Positions 38,925-48,942 of a stretch of 64,000 bases of DNA are shown piece after piece. A model generated the notes under the pieces. The model was not told the DNA's origin. It did not search any database and saw only the letters and a program-made list of their open reading frames with translations. Source of the stretch: Bacteriovoracia bacterium (GTDB lineage Bacteria > Bdellovibrionota > UBA1018 > CAIPTA01); NCBI GenBank assembly GCA_050246755.1, contig JBFWVL010000001.1, forward strand, positions 1,248,001 through 1,312,000. Direction: 5' to 3'. Position 1 is the first letter of the stretch. Each line of letters opens with the position of its first letter. A program made the translations under genes and the position numbers.

Positions 38925-39703
38925 AATACCTCCGCCTCTATGCCGCCTTCTTTCGCGCCAGCCTAACGGCCGATATGGAATTCCGCGCGAATTTCGCGAT
39001 CAAGCTTACTACCGAATTTTTTTGGTATATCGCCCAAATCACGAGCTTCGCCGTGATCTTTCGTCATACTGATTCAATTGGTGGCTGGAGCTGGCCGGAA
39101 ATGCGGGTATTTCTTGGCATTCTTTTTCTCGTAGATTCGCTGTACATGGTTACGGTTGCCGCCAGCCTGGATACATTTTCCGACGTGGTTCGTAAGGGCA
39201 GCCTAGATCTTTTGCTCGCCAAACCGGTGAATTCCCAGTTTATGCTCAGCCTGCAACGCGCCTCCACCGCGAACTTGATCACCATTCTAGTAACTCTGGG
39301 CTGGCTCTCTTGGTCAATTTGGCAAATCGAGAATTTCGAGCCGTGGCGCCTAGTGTGGCTAGCGGTGGCGGTTCCTAGCGGGGCGATAATTTTCTACAGC
39401 CTCCGCTTTATGTTCGCCGCCACAGCCGTAATTTTCACCCGGGTGGAGAGCCTCAACTACCTTTGGTATAATTTTTATCGTCTCGGCCTGCGCCCCGACA
39501 CCATCTACGTGCCATGGCTAAAATATATTCTTCTCACCGCCATTCCCGTGGGACTCATCGCCAGCGTGCCCGCACGCCTGGTTTTAGGAATGGCCGGTAG
39601 CTGGATGGCAATCTGGTTGGTCGCGGTTGCCGCATTTTTTCTCTATGTATCCCACCGCTTCTGGCAAGCCACCTTACGTCACTATACCTCGGCTAGCAGT
39701 TGA
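38921..39703 (+). CDS. ABC-2 family permease (DUF990-like)
   Basis: EFRANF, IGGWS, GSLDLLLAKPV, YTSASS terminus; ATGA overlap. Confidence 0.9.
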   Translation: MKYLRLYAAFFRASLTADMEFRANFAIKLTTEFFWYIAQITSFAVIFRHTDSIGGWSWPEMRVFLGILFLVDSLYMVTVAASLDTFSDVVRKGSLDLLLAKPVNSQFMLSLQRASTANLITILVTLGWLSWSIWQIENFEPWRLVWLAVAVPSGAIIFYSLRFMFAATAVIFTRVESLNYLWYNFYRLGLRPDTIYVPWLKYILLTAIPVGLIASVPARLVLGMAGSWMAIWLVAVAAFFLYVSHRFWQATLRHYTSASS

Positions 39704-39728
39704 GCGGTTGAGGTGGTAGAACCGCTCT

Positions 39729-42353
39729 ATGAAAAATCTGCTTATTTTCGTTTCTTTTTTTCTTTTCGCCTGCGCCGCGCAAACTAAAGACACACGTAAA
39801 ATTGCGGAAAGCAGTGCGGAAGAACAATCCAACCTTAGCCAAATAGAGGCGGCGCAGAGAGCGAAGCGCGTAACCCAGGTTCGCTACGACTTAGCGGTGC
39901 AACTAGACAGTGCGCCCACTTATCGCGGGCAGGAAACAATTTTTTTTAACCTTACCGACGCTGCCGATGACCTTCGCCTGGATTTTTTTCAGGGAGAAAT
40001 TCACTCGCTTCTGGTAAACGGAAAAGAAGTTTCGGTAACGCGAACGCCCACTTTCCTGATTTTAAAAAAAGAATGGCTTAAAGCCGGCACCAATACCGTG
40101 AAGCTTTCCTTCGCCACCGCGATGCAGACGAATGGCACCGGCCTGCATCGCTTCGAAGATCCGCTGGATAAATCGGTCTACCTCTATACGCAGTTTGAAG
40201 CTTTTTACGCGCATAAGTTCATGCCTTGTTTTGATCAGCCCGACCTCAAAGCGGTTCTGCGGCTAGACGTGACGGCACCGAAGAATTGGTCCGTGATCAG
40301 CACTACGCGCGAAACCTCGGTGGAAGCGAAGGGCGATCTGCGCATTTGGCATTTCCCGGCCACGGCTCCGCTTTCCACCTACCTTTATTCTCTTCACGCG
40401 GGCCCCTTCCAGGTTTGGGAGGACCGCTACGAAAATATTCCGTTGCGGCTCTTTGCGCGTCCCAGTATGGCGAAATTCGTGCAGCCCGAATTCTGGTTTC
40501 GGGCCACCAAACAAGGATTGGCCTTCTACAATAAATTCTTTGGGTACGCGTACCCATTCAAGAAATATGATCAGTTATTAGTGCCCGAGTTCAACGCGGG
40601 GGCCATGGAGAACGTGGGCGCCGTAACTTTTGCCGAGCGCTTCCTAAAACGCGGGCGCATGAGCCGCGAAGATCAGATGAACGTGGTGAGCGTACTGCTT
40701 CACGAAATGGCCCATATGTGGTTCGGCGATCTCGTGACCATGCGCTGGTGGAATGGGCTCTGGCTAAACGAATCATTCGCCACGTATATGTCGGCACTAG
40801 CAATGGACCAAGCCACCCCGTATAAGGAGTCCTGGACGGACTTTTTCTCCGACACCAAGCAGTGGGCGTATCACCAAGACCAGCTTTCTACCACGCATCC
40901 CATCGACGGAAACGTTCCGGATACGAACGCTGCCTTTTCGGCTTTTGACGGCATCACGTACGGTAAGGGGGCTGCGGTACTGAAACAAATGAGCCGCTGG
41001 CTTTCTCCCGCGGTATTTCAAAAAGGTGTCCAGTACTACATGAGCCGTCTTGCATTTCAGAATTCCGAGCTGAAAGACTTCATCGGTTCTCTGCAAAAAT
41101 TTTCCCCCCGCAATCTCACCAGCTGGGCCGACGTCTGGCTGCAGCAAGCGGGGGTAGACACGATTCACGTAAAGTTCACTTGCCAGAATAAAAAGCTCGA
41201 ACAAGTGTCTCTCTCCAGCACCTCCTCTTTACCGGCCAAGTTCCGCCCGCAGAGCCTGGTTCTTGGATTCTACCGCGTGAAAGAAGGCAAGCTGTCCCTC
41301 ACTTCCACCAAGCTGGTAGAGCTGGAAAAACCAGCGCAGAATTTTTCTTTTTCCGGCGCTTGCCCGGACCTCGTTTACCCAAATTACGGAGACCATGGCT
41401 ACCTAAAAGTTAGCCTAGACCCTTCCGCCGTTCCCGCGCTGTCGCATACTATCGGCACTATGCCCGACGTGCTTTCCCGCCTAATGCTCTGGGCGGATCT
41501 CTGGCAGATGGTGCGAGACCAAGAAATTTCTCTCTTGGACTATGCAGAAATTGCCGCTGCTCAGATCGCCACCGAAAGCAATGAAGAAGTGCTCAAGCTT
41601 ATCGATCGTTCCATCGGCGGCGTAGTTGGGTACTGGCCAACGAACAACCCGGCGGCGTCCCTCGAGCGGGATGCCTTCATTGAAAAACTGGAAAATATCT
41701 ACTTGGAAAGAATGGCCAAATCTCCCGCGGGCAAAGATTTACAATATTTTTGGTGGGACCGTTTCGTGGCCCTTTCCCGCTCCGCCGACGGCCTGAAGCG
41801 AAACGCCGATGCGCTAGCCGGCAAAGATCTACCTGCGGGCCTTACCCTTGACCAAGACCGCCGCTGGGCCGTGATTCGCCGTCTTTGCCGTTTCGCCTCC
41901 ACGGACTGTTTTGCAATGATTACCCGGGAATCCGAACGCGATAAATCCGATCGCGGCCAAAGAGCGGCGTTGAGCGCTAAAGCTATTTTTCCCGAGCTAA
42001 ACTCCAAAATTGCTCTTCTCGAAGAGGCTCTTCATTCTGATTCCCTTTCCCTGCAGAATAGAGAAGCCATTGCCTCGAATCTTTTTCCCCTGGAGCAAGC
42101 TGCATTTGCCGAAAGGCTGGAGAACGTCTTTTTTCGTTATTTCGCGGAAAATAAGCATAGCGGTGATTTCGAGATCTACGAAGCGATGACCAATACACTC
42201 TCTTCCCTTAACTGCGAGGAACGGCAATCTCGCAAGTTACTGGATTTTTTGGCCACTAACCAAGATTTACCGAGTCCTATCGCGCGCGGCTTTCGGGAAC
42301 AGCTGGACGAAGATACCCGGTGCCAAAAAATTCGTGCCCGAATAGGCCGGTAA
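39729..42353 (+). CDS. pepN: Aminopeptidase N (M1), lipoprotein
   Basis: Lipobox FLFAC, GAMEN, HEMAHMWFG, WLNESFA, YGKG. Confidence 0.95.
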   Translation: MKNLLIFVSFFLFACAAQTKDTRKIAESSAEEQSNLSQIEAAQRAKRVTQVRYDLAVQLDSAPTYRGQETIFFNLTDAADDLRLDFFQGEIHSLLVNGKEVSVTRTPTFLILKKEWLKAGTNTVKLSFATAMQTNGTGLHRFEDPLDKSVYLYTQFEAFYAHKFMPCFDQPDLKAVLRLDVTAPKNWSVISTTRETSVEAKGDLRIWHFPATAPLSTYLYSLHAGPFQVWEDRYENIPLRLFARPSMAKFVQPEFWFRATKQGLAFYNKFFGYAYPFKKYDQLLVPEFNAGAMENVGAVTFAERFLKRGRMSREDQMNVVSVLLHEMAHMWFGDLVTMRWWNGLWLNESFATYMSALAMDQATPYKESWTDFFSDTKQWAYHQDQLSTTHPIDGNVPDTNAAFSAFDGITYGKGAAVLKQMSRWLSPAVFQKGVQYYMSRLAFQNSELKDFIGSLQKFSPRNLTSWADVWLQQAGVDTIHVKFTCQNKKLEQVSLSSTSSLPAKFRPQSLVLGFYRVKEGKLSLTSTKLVELEKPAQNFSFSGACPDLVYPNYGDHGYLKVSLDPSAVPALSHTIGTMPDVLSRLMLWADLWQMVRDQEISLLDYAEIAAAQIATESNEEVLKLIDRSIGGVVGYWPTNNPAASLERDAFIEKLENIYLERMAKSPAGKDLQYFWWDRFVALSRSADGLKRNADALAGKDLPAGLTLDQDRRWAVIRRLCRFASTDCFAMITRESERDKSDRGQRAALSAKAIFPELNSKIALLEEALHSDSLSLQNREAIASNLFPLEQAAFAERLENVFFRYFAENKHSGDFEIYEAMTNTLSSLNCEERQSRKLLDFLATNQDLPSPIARGFREQLDEDTRCQKIRARIGR

Positions 42354-42407
42354 ATGCGTCAATAATCACCTTTACTGCAGACCCGAAAATTCAGTAATAG
42401 ATATCCT

Positions 42408-43280
42408 ATGCCTGAACTTCCCGAAGTAGAAACCGCCCGCCTTCGCTTAGAAAAAGCACTTAAGGGCAAGGTGATCCGCGAAGCGGACGCCGATGCTTCC
42501 GACCGCTTTCTTTTCCTCGGTACCGATGCTCAAGAGTTTCGCCGGCTTCTCGAAGGCGCTAAGGTTAAAGCCACCGGGCGTAAAGGAAAATATTTTTGGC
42601 TGGAACTCGATCGTAAGCCCTGGCCGGTTTTTCATCTCGGCATGACGGGCGACGTAGAAATCCGCCACCTCGGCAAAGGCGTGCACCGTCCCGGTTGGGG
42701 CGGGCTTAAGCTTTGGAGCGAACGCGGCCGCGACCAGGCTCCCCCCGCCGGAGTTCCTTTCTTTACCCGTGTTCACCTTCGCGCGAACAACGGTACCGAA
42801 GTGGCGATCACCGACCCGCGCAAGTTCGGCCGGGTATTCTTCGCGGAGAATCCCTTACTGCATCCACGGTTGAAAAAACTCGGCTTCGATCCACTCCAAG
42901 ATTTTCCCGCGGCCAAGAAGCTCGCGCTTCTGCTCCGAAAGCGCAAAGCCCCCATCAAGGCAGTGTTGCTCGACCAAAAGCTTTTTGCCGGCGTAGGGAA
43001 CTATCTAGCCGACGAATTTCTTTTCCAAGCCAAAATATCGCCGCATCGAATCGCCGCGAAATTAAGTGCCGCGGAGGTCGCGCGACTGCGCGCGAAAATC
43101 ATTTCCGTGATCAAGAAGGCGGTAGCGGTAGAAGCGGACTATGAATTTTTTCCCAAAGGCTGGCTCTTTCATCACCGCTGGGGGAAAAACGTGAATGCGC
43201 GCACGCACACGAAGCAGAAAATCGTTCACGAAGAAATCGGCGGCCGCACTACCGCCTGGGTTCCGAGCGTGCAGAAATAA
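42408..43280 (+). CDS. mutM: Fpg/Nei family DNA glycosylase without a zinc finger
   Basis: MPELPEVE, HLGMTG, DPRKFG, H2TH LLDQ..AGVGN, C-terminal GGRTT. Confidence 0.88.
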   Translation: MPELPEVETARLRLEKALKGKVIREADADASDRFLFLGTDAQEFRRLLEGAKVKATGRKGKYFWLELDRKPWPVFHLGMTGDVEIRHLGKGVHRPGWGGLKLWSERGRDQAPPAGVPFFTRVHLRANNGTEVAITDPRKFGRVFFAENPLLHPRLKKLGFDPLQDFPAAKKLALLLRKRKAPIKAVLLDQKLFAGVGNYLADEFLFQAKISPHRIAAKLSAAEVARLRAKIISVIKKAVAVEADYEFFPKGWLFHHRWGKNVNARTHTKQKIVHEEIGGRTTAWVPSVQK

Positions 43281-44258
43281 TTAGGCGTTATACGCGCGGC
43301 TCGACGCGCGCTCCAGGCGGTCCCAAATCGCATCCCAGATTCCGCCTTCTTGTTCTTTGCGGCGAAACACGTAGATAAAGGTAGCGCCGGAATCCGAGCA
43401 CTCGCGCATCCGCAAATAGAGCGAACGGGCCGCAATCCGCGGGTTAGCGTCCAGACGTAGCTCCGCCCCCTGCACGTTGCGCTCAAATTGAAAATCCGCG
43501 CAAACTTCATCGCGGGTACTCTGCTTTAACGCCGGCCCATTCTGCCGGATGATCACGAGTGGAATATTGGGCATATAGTGATTTTCGGTATTGCCGGGTG
43601 AGGCCATACTGGACGCGCGCCGTACTTCGAACGGCAGTCCCCGCTCCTTTAGCGCCGCCTCGAGGAGATCGGCCGTCACGGCTCCTGGCCTCAGCACCGT
43701 CACGATGCCCTTGCCATTTTCTTCCGTGATGGCCACCACGGTGGATTCCAGGCCCACTTCAGACTGGCCCCCGTCGAGAATGAAAATATCCTCTTTTTCG
43801 AACCCTTTACGCACGTGTTCGGCCTTGGTAGGGCTGGTTTTCCCGAACTTATTGGCACTAGGGGCCGCCAGCGGAACCTCGCATTTCTTGATGAGCGCCC
43901 TAGCCACCGGATGCGCGGGCATGCGGATTCCCACCGTTTCTAGCCCGGCGGTAATGAGGGGATTCAAGTTAGGGTGTTTAGGTAAAACCATGGTGAGAGG
44001 GCCTGGCCAAAAACGCTCGGCGAGAAAATCCGCCAAAGGCGGCCAAGAGGAAATTACCTGTTCCTTTTGCTCTAGATCGTCGATGTGTACGATCAGCGGA
44101 TCGAAAAAAGGCCTTTCCTTGATGGCAAAGATCTTCCGGATCCCTTCTTCGCTCTGAATGGAGGCCGCTAAGCCATAGACCGTTTCTGTCGGCAGAGCTA
44201 CCACGCCCCCCGATAGGATCAATTTTTTCGCCTGCTCTAGCTCGTGGTCTAAGGTCAT
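43281..44258 (-). CDS. sua5: Threonylcarbamoyl-AMP synthase, Sua5 (TsaC2) form
   Basis: PTETVYGL, KERP..PLIVH, FWPGPLT, APSAN, ESTV, SPG....HY linker. Confidence 0.93.
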   Translation of the reverse strand: MTLDHELEQAKKLILSGGVVALPTETVYGLAASIQSEEGIRKIFAIKERPFFDPLIVHIDDLEQKEQVISSWPPLADFLAERFWPGPLTMVLPKHPNLNPLITAGLETVGIRMPAHPVARALIKKCEVPLAAPSANKFGKTSPTKAEHVRKGFEKEDIFILDGGQSEVGLESTVVAITEENGKGIVTVLRPGAVTADLLEAALKERGLPFEVRRASSMASPGNTENHYMPNIPLVIIRQNGPALKQSTRDEVCADFQFERNVQGAELRLDANPRIAARSLYLRMRECSDSGATFIYVFRRKEQEGGIWDAIWDRLERASSRAYNA

Positions 44259-44279
44259 AAATTATACTATAAGGGGCCT

Positions 44280-44912
44280 ATGAAACTCTTTGGTACCTAT
44301 CCCTCGCATTTTACCCGAAAAGTCCGGGTGGTTCTGCAAGAACTGGGGCTGGAATATCAGTTTAACGTGCTCCCGAGCTTAGGGGAAATAGGGGTAGAGC
44401 ATTTTGCCAATAATCCGCTCCTCCAGCTACCGACCCTAGTGTATGGCGAACGGGAAATTATCGAATCAGACATCATCTGCCGTTATTTACTGGAAAATTT
44501 TGGGCAAAAATCCCCGGAACTACGTTTTTTACCGTCGAGCGGGGATAAGTACGCTCACGAAAAAAGGTTAGCCGTAATGAATGGCGGCATGGCCGCGGGC
44601 GTTAAAATTATTCGCGGGAAACGCAGCAATATACCAAATTTTATGGAGTTCCTTTTGTTTCGCCAGGAAGCGGCCGCGCTCCAATCGTCCCTAAAGTGGC
44701 TCGATGCAGACTTAGGCCATCGTACTTGTTACCAGGCCGGCGAATTTACTCTGCTTGATATCACCCTGGTGAGCTTCGCCGACTGGGCCGTGTTCCGCGA
44801 AATGATTCCCTCGCTCGCCGCCTTTCCCAATCTTCAGCGCTTCGTGGAAGCCAATCGCGGTCGGCTTTCTTTGGCCAGCACTCATCCCGCGCTCGAGGGG
44901 CCGGTAAAATGA
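44280..44912 (+). CDS. Glutathione S-transferase family protein
   Basis: SHFTRKVR, NPL..LPTL, ES..ICRYL, FTLLDI, FPNL. Confidence 0.88.
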   Translation: MKLFGTYPSHFTRKVRVVLQELGLEYQFNVLPSLGEIGVEHFANNPLLQLPTLVYGEREIIESDIICRYLLENFGQKSPELRFLPSSGDKYAHEKRLAVMNGGMAAGVKIIRGKRSNIPNFMEFLLFRQEAAALQSSLKWLDADLGHRTCYQAGEFTLLDITLVSFADWAVFREMIPSLAAFPNLQRFVEANRGRLSLASTHPALEGPVK

Positions 44913-45373
44913 AAACGTTTTGCCGCCTCTACTACCGCATCCCATTTTCCGAAACCGACGCTATGGGAATCGTTCATCACTCCAACCACGCCAAATATTT
45001 GGAACGGGGAAGGGTGGAATTTCTTCGCCTGATCGGCAGCAGCTACGGCGAAGTGGTAAAGGCGGGTTTTCATTTTCCCCTCACGGAACTTCGCACGGAA
45101 TTTAAACGCCCGCTGGTCTTCGATGAAGTAATTTTGATCGAAACCGAGATCTCGAAACTGACGCGCACCCGCATGAATTTTTCTTATAAAATTTATTCGG
45201 TGAAAGAGCTGGCCCTGCCTTCGCTGGCCCACGAGCCCTTTACCGAGCGCGCCAAAGTACTGGGCGAAACATTTCATTGCTGCACAAACATGCAGAACCG
45301 GCCGGTAGAAGTGTCGCCGGAATTATTTGCTACACTTCAAGGCGCGTATGGAGGCCAAGATGATAACGATTAA
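44909..45373 (+). CDS. Hotdog acyl-CoA thioesterase (YbgC/4HBT class I)
   Basis: FSETDAMGIVHHSN..YLERGR. Confidence 0.9.
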   Translation: MKTFCRLYYRIPFSETDAMGIVHHSNHAKYLERGRVEFLRLIGSSYGEVVKAGFHFPLTELRTEFKRPLVFDEVILIETEISKLTRTRMNFSYKIYSVKELALPSLAHEPFTERAKVLGETFHCCTNMQNRPVEVSPELFATLQGAYGGQDDND

Positions 45374-46136
45374 ATCGGAGCGCGAGATCCAGCTGATGCG
45401 AGCCGCAGGAAAATTGGCCGCCAAGTGCCTTCGCGAAATGGGCGCGCTGGTAAAGGCCGGAAATACTCCGCTCGAGATCGATCGCGCTTGCCGCGAATGG
45501 ACCTCGCGCCACGACGCCATCCCCGCACCGCTTAATTATAAAGGCACTTACCCGGCCAGCCTCTGCGTTTCGGTGAACGATGTGGTTTGCCACGGCATTC
45601 CCGACAAGCGACCATTTAAAAACGGCGACATCGTGAATCTCGACGTTACGCCGATTCTCAACGGCTACCACGGCGACACGAACGCCACTTTTTTCGTGGG
45701 GGAGGTTCCGGAAGACGTGAGGAAGTTCGTGAGCACCGCGTACCTCGGGATGTGGGCGGGAATACGGCAGGTTCGTCCGGGAAATACGCTGGGCGACGTT
45801 GGCTACGCGATCGAGACGCTGGTGAAAGCTCGTGGTTATTCGGTTGTTTTGGAATATTGCGGCCACGGCATCGGCAGAAATTTCCACGAAGATCCGGTGG
45901 TAATGCACGTCGGTCGTCCCAAGCAGGGCGTGATTCTTAAGCCCGGCATGACCTTCACCATTGAGCCAATGATTAATATGGGTGGCGCAAAAACCACCGC
46001 GGACGACGACGGCTGGACCGCGCGCACGGCCGACGGCTCTTTGTCGGCGCAGTTTGAGCATACCGTGCTCGTTACTCCAGACGGCGTGGAAGTCCTTACC
46101 CTGGGAGAAGGCGAAACGCCTCCGCCGGCGCAATGA
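45360..46136 (+). CDS. map: Methionine aminopeptidase type I
   Basis: CVSVNDVVCHGIP, GDIVNLD, GHGIG..FHE, FTIEPM, SAQFEHT; GGAGG RBS. Confidence 0.97.
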   Translation: MITIKSEREIQLMRAAGKLAAKCLREMGALVKAGNTPLEIDRACREWTSRHDAIPAPLNYKGTYPASLCVSVNDVVCHGIPDKRPFKNGDIVNLDVTPILNGYHGDTNATFFVGEVPEDVRKFVSTAYLGMWAGIRQVRPGNTLGDVGYAIETLVKARGYSVVLEYCGHGIGRNFHEDPVVMHVGRPKQGVILKPGMTFTIEPMINMGGAKTTADDDGWTARTADGSLSAQFEHTVLVTPDGVEVLTLGEGETPPPAQ

Positions 46137-47218
46137 TCGACAGCCAAGAAATCATTGAACGAGCGCGCGGCACCGGGCCATTCTTCGCACTCGCGGAATC
46201 CAGAAAGCCTACCACCTTTGCGTGGGGAGAAGGAACGGGCGAAGAACTCTCTTGCCGGCTAAGTAAATTTTATTCTCCGCTCGATAAAAGCTCCGAGCTC
46301 TGGAGCGGATTCTCCCTCTTCACCAACCTGCGCCCCATGCATTCGGAGACTCTGGAGCGCCTTCCGCTCATTTCTCCGGTGCGCCACCTGCCTCCTCCAG
46401 CGGTAGAAGAAAAATCTAATTGGAATCAGCTTTGCGCCAAGATCGCCGACGCAATCGACTCTGGGCTGCTTCAAAAAGTGGTTCCCGCGCGCCTTCGCTC
46501 CTTTCCTCTCCATCCCGAAGAAAGAAGTAAAATTCTAGATTCTATCTTCGCCAATCTATTCGCTCCGTCTTCCGCGAATGCCTATCGATTTTTGGTGCGC
46601 GAGAAAGAAGACGTATTTTTTGGCGCGACGCCAGAATTATTATTTCGCCGAGAAAATGAAACCATTTTTGTGCCCGCCATCGCCGGCACTCGCGCTCTTT
46701 CCATCGCCACCGAGGCGGAAGCCACTGCCGATCTCATGGAATCCGCCAAAGAACGCGAAGAGCATTCGCTGGTGGTAGAGGGAATTATTTCCAGCCTCCG
46801 CTCGTTGGGCCTTAGGCCTAAAGCCCCCAAAGCTCCCGACATCCTGAAGGTGCCCGGCCATATCCACCTTTTTACGCCCATTTCGGCGGAAGATACTGGC
46901 CTGATCCCGAGTGAGCAATTGATGGCCGCGCTTCATCCCACCCCCGCCGTTGGCGGATGGCCAAAGGTGCCGGCACAGGATTTTCTTTTTACCCACGAAC
47001 GCTGGGACCGCGGGCTTTTCGCCAGCCCTATTCTTTTTCAATTCCCGGAAAAGGAAATCTGCTTGGTTGCTATTCGTTCCGGTTTACTCCGTGCAGACGG
47101 CTTACACCTTTTTGCGGGGGCCGGATTTGTGCGTGAATCCCAGGCCGAAACTGAGTGGGCCGAAACCGATCGAAAAATGGATGTTCTACAGTCTTTGCTC
47201 ACGGGAAAATCGCTATGA
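46133..47218 (+). CDS. menF: Isochorismate synthase
   Basis: KVV.AR, GATPE, AGT, KEREEH, LHPTPAVGG, VAIRS, AGAG; men operon context. Confidence 0.88.
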   Translation: MIDSQEIIERARGTGPFFALAESRKPTTFAWGEGTGEELSCRLSKFYSPLDKSSELWSGFSLFTNLRPMHSETLERLPLISPVRHLPPPAVEEKSNWNQLCAKIADAIDSGLLQKVVPARLRSFPLHPEERSKILDSIFANLFAPSSANAYRFLVREKEDVFFGATPELLFRRENETIFVPAIAGTRALSIATEAEATADLMESAKEREEHSLVVEGIISSLRSLGLRPKAPKAPDILKVPGHIHLFTPISAEDTGLIPSEQLMAALHPTPAVGGWPKVPAQDFLFTHERWDRGLFASPILFQFPEKEICLVAIRSGLLRADGLHLFAGAGFVRESQAETEWAETDRKMDVLQSLLTGKSL

Positions 47219-48942
47219 ACGATTCTAACTCCACCTTATCATTTCGCGCGGCCCTCGTGGCGATGAGGCAACTGGAAGCCTCTGGAGTAAAAGTGGTCGT
47301 GGCGTCTCCAGGCCTGCGTAACTCCCCTTTGCTTTTAGCGGCCCACCAAACTCCCGGCCTAAAAGTTATAACCGCCGTAGACGAAAGGGGCGGGGCCTTC
47401 CTCGCCTTGGGTATCTGCCGGGCCAAGCGGGAGCCTACGGCCATCCTCTGCACCTCCGGCACGGCCGTGGCGAATTATTTTCCCGCTGTTCTCGAGGCAA
47501 ACCATTCTCAGCTTCCCCTGGTGGTATTAACCGCCGATCGCCCCACGGAGCTCGTGGGCACGGGGGCGAACCAGTGCACCGACCAAACGAAAATTTTTGG
47601 CTCGCACGTGCGGTTTTACGCCGAAGTAGGCCCCGTGGCCGCTACCGCTTCGAGCCTAGAGCAAGCAGCCTACGCCGTGGGACGCGCGGTCGCAAAGGCT
47701 CGGGGACCGAGCGCGGGCCCCGTGCACCTCAACCTCCGCTTTCGGGAACCTTTCCTCCCCGAAGCCGGAGCATTTCCCGACTCTTCGCGGCCCACCGGCC
47801 AACCCTGGGCATTTTTCCAGGCGATCTCTGCGCCGACGCAAGAACACGCCGAGGCGATCCGGTCGCTCCTCGAGGGTGCAGAACGCCCTTTAATCCTCCT
47901 TGGTCCAGCTCAACTTTCTAAGACTGACGCGAAGATGCTTGCGCAATTTTCGCACCGCACTCGCATTCCCCTGCTCGCAGAAGCGGCTTCCGGAATCGCT
48001 TTTCAGGGGAGTGATTCTTCTCCGTATACCATTCATCGTCTCGAAACGATTTTAGAGCAGATGCTGGATGGCAAGTTGCCCGCGCCGGACTTAATCCTCC
48101 GTTTCGGGGAACCCGTCACGGGCCGCGCACTGGGAAGGCTCCTCGCTAAGCATCCCGTTCCGCAATTGGTGTTTGAAGAATGGGGAGAGGCCAGAGAGCC
48201 GAATCTTCATCCATCTATTTTTCTCGAAGGCGGCCTATCTCTTTGGATTGCTTCGCTCGCTCAAATGGAGACTCCCCAAGTAAATCGCGCGTGGCCTGAA
48301 GGCCTGCTGAAAGCAGACGCGGATCTAGAATCCGACATAACGCTCCACCTCGACCAGGAAGACACGCTGACGGAGTGGCACTTCCATCGCGCGCTCGCCG
48401 AAAAAATCGGCGACTCCGCGGCGATTTTCATCGGGAACAGCATGCCGATCCGTGATTTTAATTCAGTATTTCCGCGCTCTCCAAAAAATTTCTCCGTGTT
48501 TGCGAACCGTGGCCTTAGCGGCATAGACGGCCTGCTGGCCACCGCGGCCGGAATCGCCTTCACCACGAAAAGTGAAACGCACGCCGTGGTGGGTGATCTC
48601 TCCGCGCTCCACGATATCAACTCGCTGGCCCTCCTCCATTCGTTACGCGAAGAAATAAACCTCACGGTTTGGGTGATGAATAACGGCGGAGGCGAAATTT
48701 TTCGGATTGTACCAACCGCAAAAACGGGAGAAAATATCGAGTGGTTCACCACTCCCCAGGAATTTGACCTGGCCGGCCTCGCAAAAGGATTCCGCATTTC
48801 TTACGCTCGTCTCTATAACCAGCAAGATCTTGCCGAGTTATCGGGAGAAGCATTTTCACATCGCGGAGTACGTCTGATCGAAGTTCTATTCGACCCGGAA
48901 ACTAATCTTCACGTGAGGAAGTCTTTCCAGGATCGCAAATGA
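47215..48942 (+). CDS. menD: SEPHCHC synthase
   Basis: SPGLRNSPL, DERGGAF, CTSGTAVAN, GNSMPIR, NRGLSGIDG, GDLS, NNGGG.IF. Confidence 0.95.
   Translation: MNDSNSTLSFRAALVAMRQLEASGVKVVVASPGLRNSPLLLAAHQTPGLKVITAVDERGGAFLALGICRAKREPTAILCTSGTAVANYFPAVLEANHSQLPLVVLTADRPTELVGTGANQCTDQTKIFGSHVRFYAEVGPVAATASSLEQAAYAVGRAVAKARGPSAGPVHLNLRFREPFLPEAGAFPDSSRPTGQPWAFFQAISAPTQEHAEAIRSLLEGAERPLILLGPAQLSKTDAKMLAQFSHRTRIPLLAEAASGIAFQGSDSSPYTIHRLETILEQMLDGKLPAPDLILRFGEPVTGRALGRLLAKHPVPQLVFEEWGEAREPNLHPSIFLEGGLSLWIASLAQMETPQVNRAWPEGLLKADADLESDITLHLDQEDTLTEWHFHRALAEKIGDSAAIFIGNSMPIRDFNSVFPRSPKNFSVFANRGLSGIDGLLATAAGIAFTTKSETHAVVGDLSALHDINSLALLHSLREEINLTVWVMNNGGGEIFRIVPTAKTGENIEWFTTPQEFDLAGLAKGFRISYARLYNQQDLAELSGEAFSHRGVRLIEVLFDPETNLHVRKSFQDRK

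Noticed and set aside
45330-46133. 267 aa antisense ORF
   Set aside because: Lies entirely opposite the well-supported map gene
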